NCBI GenBank assembly: GCA_010093705.1
Contig: MU006089.1
Location: 539,570 to 598,561, forward strand
Origin: Patellaria atrata CBS 101060
Taxonomy: Eukaryota
Length of the DNA: 58,992 nt
Direction of reading: 5' to 3'
The position numbers were made by a program, and so were the translations under genes. Below are positions 26,001-37,010 of this stretch, piece by piece; the first letter of the stretch is position 1, and each line of letters begins with the position of its first letter. The notes under the pieces were generated by a model. It was not told where the DNA came from. It saw only the letters and a list, made by a program, of their open reading frames with translations, and did not search any database.

Positions 26001-26600
26001 AATATCCGGTGCGCTAGATTTTGATGCTCTACGTCTACGAGGTTTTAGCTGAGGAGGTGGTCTAGATTGGACGGGTTTCCCAGGTTTAAAATCCGGTGAA
26101 TTAGCTTGTAATTGGGAATTAGCTGTTGGTGGTTCGTTGGATGTAAGCTGACCCCCAAACTGCCGCCCTTGTGCCATCATGGCCGTATTGATCCTTTGAT
26201 TTTGAGCAGCACGAGGTTGTCGTGGTGGTTGTCCAGCTATGCCATCAGTTCTTCTTATATCTCTTGCTTGGATTAATCTTCCACCTCCACGTCCCCTTCG
26301 TCTTCCTCGATTTGGTGCTTCTGTTACAGAGACATCTGCGCTGGATGGTTCTGCGGATTGTGCTTGTGGTGCGGGTGCAAGGGACACTGGCGCAATTGCG
26401 GAGACATCGTTTCTTATAGTTTGTGCCCTATTGCCTCCTCTTCTATTATAATTACCTAGTCGAGCACTAGATTCACCGTCTTCTTGCTGGGACCGGTCAC
26501 CACCATCTCGCTGCGGTCGTCTTCGGTTTCTGGGTCGTCTTGGTGTGATTGGATTTGAAGTGGGATTCTGCGGAGCGGATTGAGGTGGTAGGGTTGTCAT
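23058..26600 (-). CDS. FAP1: NF-X1/Shuttle craft/FAP1-type RING E3 ligase with NF-X1 zinc fingers and R3H domain
   Basis: Intronless. RING YECAICT...WSCRTCWTVFHMTCIKKW...WRCPGC, repeated CGxHxCxxxCHxGxC fingers, R3H (FKPMPSHQRAFLHSLAEDFGFDSESMDPEPHRH). Start at ATG 26600 or the in-frame ATG at 26651. Confidence 0.93.
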   Translation of the reverse strand: MTTLPPQSAPQNPTSNPITPRRPRNRRRPQRDGGDRSQQEDGESSARLGNYNRRGGNRAQTIRNDVSAIAPVSLAPAPQAQSAEPSSADVSVTEAPNRGRRRGRGGGRLIQARDIRRTDGIAGQPPRQPRAAQNQRINTAMMAQGRQFGGQLTSNEPPTANSQLQANSPDFKPGKPVQSRPPPQLKPRRRRASKSSAPDIATRIHEDIDNGHYECAICTNEVYRNSKVWSCRTCWTVFHMTCIKKWSSNEGSAMAQQQAQNGDIPPPRQWRCPGCNLPKDTLLKSFTCWCEKEIDPKSEPGLPPFSCGQTCSRSRVIPKKCPHRCAELCHAGPCPPCSQMGPAQSCFCGKDVSTKRCIDTDYENGWSCGQVCGELMPCGDHYCERPCHEGLCGACEVLVPSRCYCGQTEKDVLCCDKEDEKFSSISHMNQDGKEVLERWTCVFDCGKVCNRAFGCGKHNCEKTCHIQLPDPPHCPRSPNVVSHCPCGKTPLSKVSDAPRTTCEDPIPNCEKVCLKLLSCGHPCQQVCHSGDCMPCFQSVPITCRCGRTTTSTMCHQGTVERPQCFRVCRVSLNCGRHECGERCCAGEKKAAERQSNKRKLRPLNSALRPFDDGFEAEHICTRPCGRLLKCGNHSCQELCHKGPCGSCREAIFDDIGCNCGRTVLQPPLPCGTQPPPCRFQCGRAKDCGHPQVPHNCHQDDEECPKCPFLTQKSCMCGRNTLKNQQCWLNDVRCGEVCGKKLKCGSHKCRQPCHRPSECEDAWAACQQGCGKEKSCGHPCSERCHSPYSCKEDKPCQFKIFITCDCQHIKQEAKCNAVKGTAGNSTKTLKCDDECARLERNRKLALALNIDQVTHTDNHVPYSAETINMFQENVKWAQNQEKTLRIFAADTEEKRLRFKPMPSHQRAFLHSLAEDFGFDSESMDPEPHRHIAIFKTPKFVMAPVKTLAECARIRYLQRVTANPTASAEKTVRKKLKASNLVGDPFNGFLITSPRFGLTIEELRTAIRPALASKPQLKLDISFLPSEEIVLKATAELGDRDVENELRDLKPVVTHLLAAQAVGRVQLCRLDSSLNLERREDDASSGWSQVAAKAAAPARAPVTQAARGNNSFTVLSLSKKKEKLVGKDWESAVRGKERKPSVVDDWEAAEIEEEEKEKAVSGESGGEEGRVGDVIPEEVTEA

Positions 26601-27227
26601 GTTGTCCTGTGTTTCTAAATCGATCCCTCTATAGTGGCGGGTATTTCCCATAAAGCGATTGCTGGTTTCACTAAAAGCTTTTGAGGAGGATATTGTTATG
26701 CGGTCTTTAGTGAAGAAGGAAAGAAGGGCCCTGAAAGTCTCCGAGAATTTAGGCTTCAAAAAACGGCCTAAGTAAACAGTAAGGAAAGGAAATGTTTGTG
26801 TTGTAGGTTGAGAAGTGGCAAGCAGAGCAATAAATGGATATTGGGAGAAGAGGGCTTAAGTCAGCATGGACTTCCTCAAAGGTCACTTCCAAATCCTCGG
26901 GAACTTGTGAGTCAATGATATGGTTTAAAATATTGGCATTAAATCTATTCCGTAGTTTATCCCGTGAATGTTGCTGTAACTCTGACTCTTCGTCCGATTG
27001 TTGAAGTTGCAAAGCCACAATTTCTGTATGAATCATCTACAACTTTTTCCCGAAAGAACACCACCGTCATAATGCTAGATAGATAGGCTAGTCTACTTTA
27101 GAGCTTAGCTCCGTAAGGAAGTTCTACGGAAGAACTATATTTCCGATATCTGAGCTTCATGACGGGAGCATCACAGGCCGCAACAAGAAAAGAAGCTACA
27201 AAAGCTATCTGTACGATATCCAACCTC

Positions 27228-28226
27228 ATGAATATGCAGCGGTTTTGGATTGCTGCATTGGCGCTGCCATCGGTTCTGGCTTTTCAGGACACATCTCCTT
27301 TCTTCCTCTTCTCTACATCTCAGTGAGTCTTCCTGGAACTGACAGACGCGTCCGATCACAGCTAACGGGCGGGATAGATCAGGAGATACTTTTCAAAACA
27401 TCCCCCAGATTTCTACTTTCGATAACATCAATCTAAGATTACTCTCCTTCTTCTCATCATGCCCGTCCGAGAATTACATCGTCGTCAACCAACCTGGAGT
27501 ATCATACCTTGACTACTCAAGCCGCAACTCTGCGCCCTATCTTGAACGATGGCTGAAAGGAGAGAACAAGATAATCGAAACGGCAGCTTTATTGCCAGAA
27601 GTTGTAAAGAGTAATAGCGGGATCGACAGAGTCAAGTCCCATCTGCGATTAGATTGCGGCGTGAAGCTCCAAAGAATAGACGGAACCAGTAAGCAGCCCC
27701 TCCCCCATATAGGAAAACAAGGTCCCATTTCATCAGACTAACAATATCAGCCGGCGAACTCTCCTTCATCTCTCATACCCCACGAATGATTGAAATTGAT
27801 TTCCCAGTTCCGCCTTCCGAGGCAGCGGAAAGAGCAAAATTGCTCATCTCCAGGGACGCCTTCGTCAATGCGGTTGTCAACGACCTTAAAAGTAACAAAT
27901 TTACCGTTATTTATACTACCACCCCACCCTCTGAAGAGCAATTCGTGCCACCTTCGATTCAATATGAGATGGATGACCCGTATCCGTCTGCCCCGCATAT
28001 GGAATTGAAGCGCGCTTATTCAACGTATAACAACCAGACCTCGTCGAATCTACCTTTGTTTGAGAAGTACCAATTTTTATCTCCCGGTATTTTCATGACT
28101 GGAACCGTTAGTCTTGCTCTCCTCATGATTCTCTACGTTGGTATTAGCGCTATATCTAGCCTTGAGGTCTCGTACTTTGCCTTCAGTAAGGAGATGGGAC
28201 CGGCTGCTCAGAGAAAGCAGCAATAG
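27228..28226 (+). CDS. BIG1 / V-ATPase accessory Ac45-VOA1-like type I ER membrane protein
   Basis: Exons ~27228-27322, 27378-27688, 27751-28226. Signal peptide then AFQDTSPFFLFSTS, SCPSENYIVVNQPGV, and C-terminal LFEKYQFLSPGIFM-TM-SLEVSYFAFSKEM. Confidence 0.85.
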
Positions 28227-28558
28227 GACATGTACAATATAAATCTAGGTTCAGATGGAGTAAATCGGATTTTATTATGTACTATCGACCTGTTTTGATT
28301 CGTAGTTGAAAGCGGAATGATGAACCACTGATGATTCAAACTTTTCCCGTTCCCATGATGTCCCTTCTGCAAAGCAAGATCATTCAATCGCAACTCAAAG
28401 AAACAGCAGAATGATCATAAGCAGAAAGGAAAGAAAGAAACATGAAATCAACCGCTAACTCCCTCGTCAGTCACCGGTTAGCCGTGAGCATTCAAGTCAT
28501 TATATCCTCAACTTCGAAAATTTCCCATTACTCCTTCCATGCATCCTCTCTTTCCCCA

Positions 28559-29590
28559 TCATGGTAACTTCACACCACCATCAATTTCATCATCAGCGAA
28601 CTCCCTCTTCGGATTGACGATATACGTCAACTCCTCCCTCCACCTCCCCATATGCCCATACTTCTGCTCGATGAACCTCACATAATCCACCAGCGCCTTT
28701 TCCTCGTCCGAGCCGGTAATAATCCTGCGAATGGCCTGCGAAAAGAACGCATGCGTCAAGACGCTGGTCTTCCACATGGCAGACTTACCCATGAACTTCC
28801 GTTTCGTCCACGGCGATCGCAGAGAGACCGTCACGTTCTTGAGGCGCGGGTTGCGGGTGGTGGAAAAGGCGAGCAAGGGCGCAACCCAGGATTCGGCGAG
28901 GGTGAAGCGCAGGGGACGGTCCATGACGGAGAGGATGAGGGAGAGCGTGGTGAGGCCGGGCAGGGCTTGGGCGGTGAGGGTGAAGATGCGGAGGAGGCTT
29001 GCGTCGTGGGCTTCTTTGTAGCGCTCCCATTGCGTTTCGCCGGGGTGGCCATAGGTGTTGAAGTCGAGCTTCAGGTGATTGACTAGGGCGAGCGTTGAGG
29101 CCGTGGGCACCTTGAGGAAGTTGTCGAGACGATTGAGGGTGTAGAATTGGAAGGTGGTCTGGGCGTAGAAGAAGACGCTTGCTTCGATATTGAGTTGTTT
29201 GCAGGTGAGGAGAAGACCGGCGAGCGTGGGCCTGAAGAGCGTTCCACGGGTTTCGATGGGCTTGGTTCGTTGTTGGAGCGGTGGAGACCAACGGGGACGA
29301 GGTTTGTCCACGGTAGAAGACGTGCAGATAGTGGCTTTTGGTTTGATAAGGCTGGATCGCTCTTTGCGGTCGCGCGAGCTCAGCATTTCGACCACTATAT
29401 GGGTGTCGTAAATGTAGGCGTAGATTTTGTTGCGAAGTTCACCTGGGATCGCAAGGAGTGGTGATGTCTTCTTCTTCTGTGGTTCCTTTTTGGGAGCAGC
29501 TGGACGTAGAGGAAGCGTACTGGGAATGACCCAGGACCCTTTCGTCTTGCGGATTTGAGCCTGAGTCGTCGCCGTCTTGAAGGCCGACAT
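28559..29590 (-). CDS. Fungal F-box-like (DUF7730-type) hypothetical protein
   Basis: Intronless 343 aa. SPLLAIPGELRNKIYAY and LLLTCKQLNIEASVFFYAQTTFQF match the widespread Pezizomycotina 'LPxELRxxIY...LLxTCRQxxxEA' family. Confidence 0.75.
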   Translation of the reverse strand: MSAFKTATTQAQIRKTKGSWVIPSTLPLRPAAPKKEPQKKKTSPLLAIPGELRNKIYAYIYDTHIVVEMLSSRDRKERSSLIKPKATICTSSTVDKPRPRWSPPLQQRTKPIETRGTLFRPTLAGLLLTCKQLNIEASVFFYAQTTFQFYTLNRLDNFLKVPTASTLALVNHLKLDFNTYGHPGETQWERYKEAHDASLLRIFTLTAQALPGLTTLSLILSVMDRPLRFTLAESWVAPLLAFSTTRNPRLKNVTVSLRSPWTKRKFMGKSAMWKTSVLTHAFFSQAIRRIITGSDEEKALVDYVRFIEQKYGHMGRWREELTYIVNPKREFADDEIDGGVKLP

Positions 29591-31161
29591 GTTGACTGGC
29601 CTTTATTGGAATGCAAATTGGAATGGTGTGCTGTCAGAATTGGTGAGTTGGAAATTCGGAAGATTATAAGTTATGATCGGTATTAGATTGTCTTGATGTT
29701 GCAGAACAGTTGGAAGTTATATAGATTCGAACGGAGAAATGCCGAGATTAAGTCCAATTGGGTACAATAGCAGAGGTAACAATAAACTTTCGTTTACGGT
29801 GCTGTCACTGGGCTGCTATTGTTGTCTTGTCAATTGACGAGTCAAACAGACCATGGTAGGACGTGAGCAACCGATCAGCCTCAACATGCTTTCCTTCAAT
29901 CGAGTTGCACCTGAATCTAAAGTGTTCCGATAGAAGGCCACCCCGAGTTTAGAGGCATAGAGAAGTATATAACTCAGTCTACTTTTTTTTTTTGGGAAGA
30001 GATATACTGCGTTTCGTAGCTGAGCGAATTTATATAGAGCAGAAGACCTAATAACGCGATAGAATATCAACGGGGAAATTCAGGTTGCGTGTGAGCTACA
30101 AAATACTGACAAGAGTCAATCCAAGGAGACTATTACTCACGACCTAGACAATCAGTTAGAGAGAAGTTGAAGCATTTGCGCTCTGTTCTGCGTCAATGTG
30201 TGGTGTTGTTTGTTGGAGCAGGAATGTTGTCCGAGATCGGTTGTTGTACTATGACAAGGGATTCGGCGGTATTTATTACCAATTGGGTCTAACGAAACTT
30301 GAACATTAAAGTCACTGGTAAGAAATGATGACTTAGAGGGGTGAATACTCAATGGTCAAACGGGACTTTGAATAAGCGTGACCGATGGTAGAAGACAGTC
30401 ACGGGGGCTACATAAAAGGAGAGCTAATCGTTCAACCACCATACATCTCACGTATTTTTACCCATACGAACGCCATTATTATGAGACTTATCTCTCAAGC
30501 TGCTGTCCTTACAACATAGTAAGGTCGAGAATAGTGGTTCAACTTCCCGAAATGGTACAGGTCTAGTAAACCGTGATATCCAGTCTCTTTGTAGTCCGCG
30601 ATAGTTGATTCTCATACTCTAATATATCAAGCATTCTATTACGGGTTGTCTTTACAGACTGAAATTAATTAACCGGAAGAGGACGAATGGGTGAAAGTTC
30701 TTATTGAAGCAGGGTGACTGTTCGACGATTAGGCCAGAGGGAAGGCGTTATAACTACAAGGTATACAGGTGAGGCGATAGTCAATGGACTGGTGCGTAGA
30801 CCGTGGACTCGAGGTTGTCTTCTTTCCTTAATGCTTTGCAAAGGGCTACTTGTACGGTAATCAGATCGGTTGAGGATATTAAATAAGGTAGTTTACTGTA
30901 GATGGAGCGTTGGATGAAGGGATGTTGCGAAGTGGAGTTGACCCTTGACGTTTGTGATGAGACCAGATGGTTAGTCCGAATCGGGCAATTGCATCTCATG
31001 GACTGTTTTTTCTTTGTTCCCCAGCCCTGCAGGGCATCTGCATACGATCGCCATAGCTCCAAGAGGGCACCTTCCCCTTCACCGCAAGCCAACCTAGAAC
31101 AGAGCCCCGCCAACCGTCTGTTTTTATTTGCACCAAGTCGTTCCTTCCCTTCTGACTCTAG

Positions 31162-34100
31162 ATGCATTGTCTCAACCCCGCTACAAGCGCACAATTCTGT
31201 CGCCTCACACCCATATATCGTGCCATAAATCTTCAATCGCAGGCTTCTAGGATCCGGTTACGGCATATAAGACCAGCTGTACGGACATATCACTACACTT
31301 CTCCACCAATCTATTCTTACCCCTCCCATCCGCATTCCTCCTCACAGTTATACTCTCTGCTCTCTCGACGACTGCGAAATCTCACCAGCCAACCTCGTCT
31401 TGTGCGCCATTGTTCATACCAGAGAAACATGTGCAAGCATCAATTCGGAACTGATGCCGCTGATGGCAGCATCGACGTTGCCAAAGGCCGACAGGTCCTC
31501 CCGAAGAACGTCAAAGCTACACACTACCACCTCACCTTGGAGCCGAATCTTGAGACCTTTGAGTATGAGGGTGAGGTTGTAATTGAGTAAGATAGCCTGA
31601 TTACCAGTCGACGCTGTACAGACATACCAATAATAGTAAAGCCTAGACGTTGTTGACAATTCAACCTCAATATCTCTCAATACAATTGACCTTAAAATCA
31701 CCTCGACCAAGGTCACCTCCGGCTCTCACGAGATAACATCGTCCCCCGATCTCTCGTACGACGATGATAGCCAGACGACGAAGATATCATTCGATGAGAC
31801 AATCCCGGCAAACTCTAAAGCGACTCTCGCTATCAAATTCACCGGTACCTTAAACAACAATATGGCAGGTTTCTATAGATCCTCCTACAAGGCCAAAGAT
31901 GGGTCTACAAAGTATCTTGCTACCACACAGATGGAACCCACAGATGCCAGGCGAGCTTTCCCCTGCTTCGACGAACCTGCCTTGAAAGCTAAGTTCACAA
32001 TTACGCTGATTGCGGATAAACATCTCACCTGCTTAAGCAATATGGATGAGGCTTCACAAACAGAGGTGGACTCGAGCATAAGCGGCGGCAAGAAGAAGGC
32101 AGTGACTTTTAACAAGACACCACTCATGTCTACATACCTACTCGCGTTTGTTGTAGGAGAGCTCAATGTCATCGAAACGAATAACTTCAGAGTTCCCGTC
32201 AGAGTGTATGCACCACCAGATTCCAATATCGAACATGGGCGGTTCTCTCTTGATCTCGCTGCCCGAACTCTTGACTTCTATGAGAAGACGTTCAACAGTC
32301 CCTTCCCCCTTCCCAAGATGGATATGGTTGCTATCCCCGATTTCAGTGCCGGTGCAATGGAGAACTGGGGTTTAATCACTTATCGCGTTGTCGATTTGTT
32401 ATTCGATGAGGCAACAAGCGGTGCGTCCACCAAACAGCGCGTTGCAGAGGTTGTTCAGCACGAATTAGCTCACCAGTGGTTTGGCAACCTTGTGACTATG
32501 GACTTCTGGGATGGTCTCTGGCTCAACGAGGGCTTCGCAACTTGGATGTCTTGGTATTCATGCAATGTCTTCTATCCAGAGTGGAAAGTATGGCAAGGAT
32601 ATGTTACGGACAACTTAGCCAATGCTTTGGGCCTTGATTCTTTAAGGAGCAGTCATCCTATTGAAGTACCAGTTAAACGTGCGGATGAAATCAATCAGAT
32701 TTTTGATGCTATTTCCTATTCAAAGGGATCATGCGTGTTACGAATGATTTCAAAATATCTTGGGGAAGAGACGTTTATGGAAGGTATTCGACGATACCTC
32801 AAGAAGCATGCGTTTGGCAATACTCAGACCGGCGATCTGTGGGCTGCTTTAAGCGATGCTAGTGGAAAGGACGTGTCAAGTGTGATGGATATCTGGACAA
32901 AGAACGTTGGATACCCAGTTGTATCCGTGACCGAGGACCCATCATCGAGCTCGATCAAGGTAAAACAAAACAGATTCTTGCGTACAGCTGATGTGAAACC
33001 GGAGGAAGACAAGACCCTATATCCTATCTTTCTCGGGTTGCGCACAAAGTCTGGAGTGGATGAAGACCTCACCTTTTCTGAGCGTGAAACGAGTTTCAAG
33101 TTGAATAATCTCGACTTCTTCAAGCTGAATGCAGATCACTCGGGCATCTATCGTACATCTTATACCCCGGAACGATTAGAGAAGTTAGGTATTGCGGCGA
33201 AGGAAGGCCTCCTGACGGTGGAAGATCGCGCCGGTATGATTGCTGATGCTGGTGCTCTTGCCGCATCTGGGTACCAATCGACATCAGGAATCCTCTCACT
33301 ACTTGAGAGCTTCAAGTCCGAACCCGAATTTGTCGTTTGGGACGAGATCACGGGACGTATTGGAGCACTTCGAGCTGCATGGGTCTTCGAAGATGAGACC
33401 GTTAAAGATGCGCTCAAGAAGTTTCAACGTGATCTGACGAGTGATAAGGCCCACGAACTCGGATGGACTTTCAAAGATACCGACGGTCAGATCGAGCAGC
33501 AGTTCAAGGCATTAATGTTCGGTAGTGCAGGAGCTGTAGGTGACGAGAAGATCAAGAGTGCAGCGTTCGAGATGTTCGAAAAGTTCAAAAATGGTGACCG
33601 ATCTGCTATTCATCCTAACCTTCGCTCAAGCATCTATGCCATCGTCTTGACGTATGGTGGAGACGCAGAGGTACGTACTTATCGACTTACATTCAAACAA
33701 AATATACTAACTATGTGAACAGTACGACGCTATTCTCAATGAATACAGGACCGCAACCACTAGCAACGAGCGGAACACTGCACTTCGAGCCATCGGCCGC
33801 GCAAAGAAGCAAGAGCTGATCCAACGTACACTCCAACTACCCCTTAGCGATGAAGTCAAGGGTCAAGATATCTACCTTCCCCTCGGTGGCCTACGTGCTC
33901 ACAAAGAGGGCATCCTAGAACTCTGGCAATGGTGTACTGAGCATTGGGACGAACTGGAGAAGAAGTTGCCACCAGGTCTCACCATGCTCGGAACCGTGGT
34001 ATCTATATGCACGTCAAGCTTCACTACTCTGGAGCACAGGCAGAGGATTATCGATTTCTTCGGCCAGCGCAAGACCAAGGGATTCGATCAGAGCTTAGCA

Positions 34101-34196
34101 CAGAGCTTGGATGCTATCAAGGCGAAGGCGAGCTGGATTGAGAGAGATAGTGAGGATGTCAAAGAGTGGCTAAGGCAGCATGACTATCTGAATTAG
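31162..34196 (+). CDS. APE2: M1 family (puromycin-sensitive-like) aminopeptidase Ape2/Aap1
   Basis: Exons 31162 (or 31429)-31586, 31642-33670, 33723-34196. TQMEPTDARRAFPCFDEP, GAMEN, HELAHQW-x-WLNEGFA (HEXXH-x18-E), ISYSKG, ERAP1-C-like tail. Confidence 0.96.
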
Positions 34197-37010
34197 AAGA
34201 TATGTGGAAATGTGCAGCTAGAATTGTAATACGGAGGTTGCAACGTCTGTGGCTTCCATCATGCGCATATTCCGGTGCATAGCTCACATTTGATGGAGCA
34301 TTTAGAGATATGACTATCTCGACCAAAAGAATATACCTGTATTATAGTATATACCGATCTCTGATACAAAAAATGCATATAATCAAACACAGTTCTGTGC
34401 TTTTGAAGAGGAAACATTTTGCGAAATTCAAGTATCAGATTGTCGTGCAATAGATGCCAAGTAATGTTGTAGGTCTCAGAGCACGAGTTTCGAAGTTGTA
34501 CCTTCTGGTACCTCTCTGTACGAGTACGACAGTAAACGCTGAAACATGTAACCGTGTAACTTGAATATGGAGATGTGATCTTGAAGATCGTCTGGTTGCA
34601 GAGCCGCATTTCAGTACGCTCAGCTCCCTTCTAGGTATGTCCCCATGCTCATACAAACACGAAGCGATCAAAAAGTGATTAAGAACAGAAACAAATAACG
34701 ATCACGGTTACAGTAATAAAGGATTCTGAAACGGAGCATCTTAATTGTAGTGGAGATATTTCATCGTCCTTCTATCGCTGTCATTGCTCATGTTGTACTC
34801 AGTCATTTCAAATTTTCAACAGGCCAATTCGGCGGCCTCTTTTTGTTTCGGTTCCGTTGCCACTGGCCCAATAGGTCTGCATCCGGCGCGTTTACTGTCT
34901 ATACCTGCATATGTATGGTCGAAGGCAATGTGAATTGGTATTCTCGGTGCCTTTCTTAGGAGATGAAGGGATCTTGCAGTATAGTTTCGTGGCTTCGTCA
35001 TCAGCGGTTCGTGATGCTTGGGATGGTTCACCAGTTTTGGGATCGTACGACGGGTACCTTTGAGCCCGTTTAAGATCTGGATTTTAGTGCATGGGTTTTT
35101 TCATCTTTGTTATCAATGAAGATGGGAGTAAGAGCTGTGCTGATGCGGGAGATCATTCTGATATCGAGTTTTCAATATGATGACCCTTGGCAAGAGGGAT
35201 GTAATTCTGTACTTCGTACACTATCATCTACTTGTATTCGATATCTGTAGCTGTTGGATGACTCCACAATCCAAGCTTGACTCCACCTCTTCTCAGCAAG
35301 TCATCGGCCGCAGATTCGGCATCCAAACCTAACGCCATCTGCAAGGGCGCCACATCTTTCGTGTGTCTCGTCTGGGTTGCGGCAAGCAGATATACAAGCT
35401 CAAGGATGCTTGGCTCCTCGCAAAAGATTCGTCAAAAGGTTCTCCTATCACAGAGGTGTTGAAAGGAATTTGTTATAAGGCGAGGATGAGGAGGCCTAAC
35501 CAATCAGTGAAACAGCACGCCTGGTCTTACACTTGAAATCTTGATGATAATGTAAGGAAGTGCCTGCTCCAACTCTTCTAACTGGAAAGACAGAATTTCA
35601 CCGCTTGCTGCGGGACTGTCACAAAGTCCCTGGACCAGTGGCCCTGGTTACGGAACATCTGGCCAAACAGAAGGCTTTCTTTGCCCTGGCAGAACATTTG
35701 ATGACAACCTAAGCCAAAGCACGAAATCTAAAGGGCCCAAAGGGGACCACGACAGCAAGATGGAGAGTCAGAAGACTTGCAAGACCACCAGGGCCAAAGT
35801 ACAGTTCAACCAATGATGAATCATCATGACAATCTTTGACGCTTCCAAGACCTTCTGACCACACTCGATTTTCGAAAAGAGCGAGAACTTGCCCTGAAGG
35901 TAGCCTTATCGGGATAAGACGCCAGAAAGACGAAAAAGGGGTTCGTGCGCCAGATGGTGATGGTGTTTCAGCCCTCTGGCCGGAACCTCAACTCTTCCTC
36001 TTAGACCTCTACCAAGATCAATGGCATGATATTGATAAACGTGGAAGCATTGTACGGACTTACACGGTTGGTTATACAAACGAACGGAGTAAGAGTCGCA
36101 TACTCAAGGAATTGGGAGTCGAATGGGGGGTTCCCACAGACAATCAATTCATTCCTAGGCTAGTTCTATGCCCACGCTCTGGTGGTGGGAGGGGAGTTGA
36201 TTAGCGAACAATTAAGAAGCCGTACGGTACCTGCATTAATGATAATGTACGTCCGTACGCGCATCTAAAAAGTTCATCAGCCAATGTGTAAGACGACGGG
36301 ATGAGTCTGCTGTGAGTGATATCGTTGATATTGCAGAGATACCGAGTGCAGTATTACACCGATAACTCCACCGAATTTTGGTAAAGACATAGAAGAAGTT
36401 ACATAGTGAAGCATACCCCAGTCTGGTTTTTGGCAGACGAGAAAGCCCAAGAGCTTTTAATGTCCGTTGGCGAGTGTTAGAAGCCTTTCAGCGCTCAGTG
36501 CTTGCGAACTGATCATCCTAACGGCGGCTCTTCCTGCAATCCAGCATCCTACATCAACACTTTTTTGTACAGAGTATCTCTATCACCCTGCTATAGTGTT
36601 CGCACTAGTACTCTAAAGTACCACCTAACCCTTCTACATCCTAAAAGTCTTTTTTTCTCCACTTCCATACAGGAGGTTTCGACGTTGAATCCCACGTCTA
36701 ACAAGCATCAACGTCCTCCTCTGTTCCTCCATCGTGTCGACAAAGTAATCCTAATATACTTGCGTGTTCGGGTTTTTGTTCTAAATTGGCTTGCGATTAT
36801 ACCTTCATACCCTGCTCCCTTGAAAACCTGGGGTGTTTCTGATGCGCTGCCGAGTCGCGGGCGGTTAACTGCCTCGTACCTCTCTCCCTTTCTACCCCAA
36901 CCTACGAGACAGCTGGCTGTCGCAAATCATCCTCCTCTCCGAAGGGTCCAATCTGGCTATTACTCTACAGGCCTAAACTGGTTTGAGCCAGAATACTTTG
37001 CGAGCTCCAA

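Noticed and set aside
34975..35010. Hammerhead-like core CTGATGA...CGAAAC on the - strand
   Set aside because: Stem II cannot close (C opposite C), and there is no stem III with a UH cleavage triplet.
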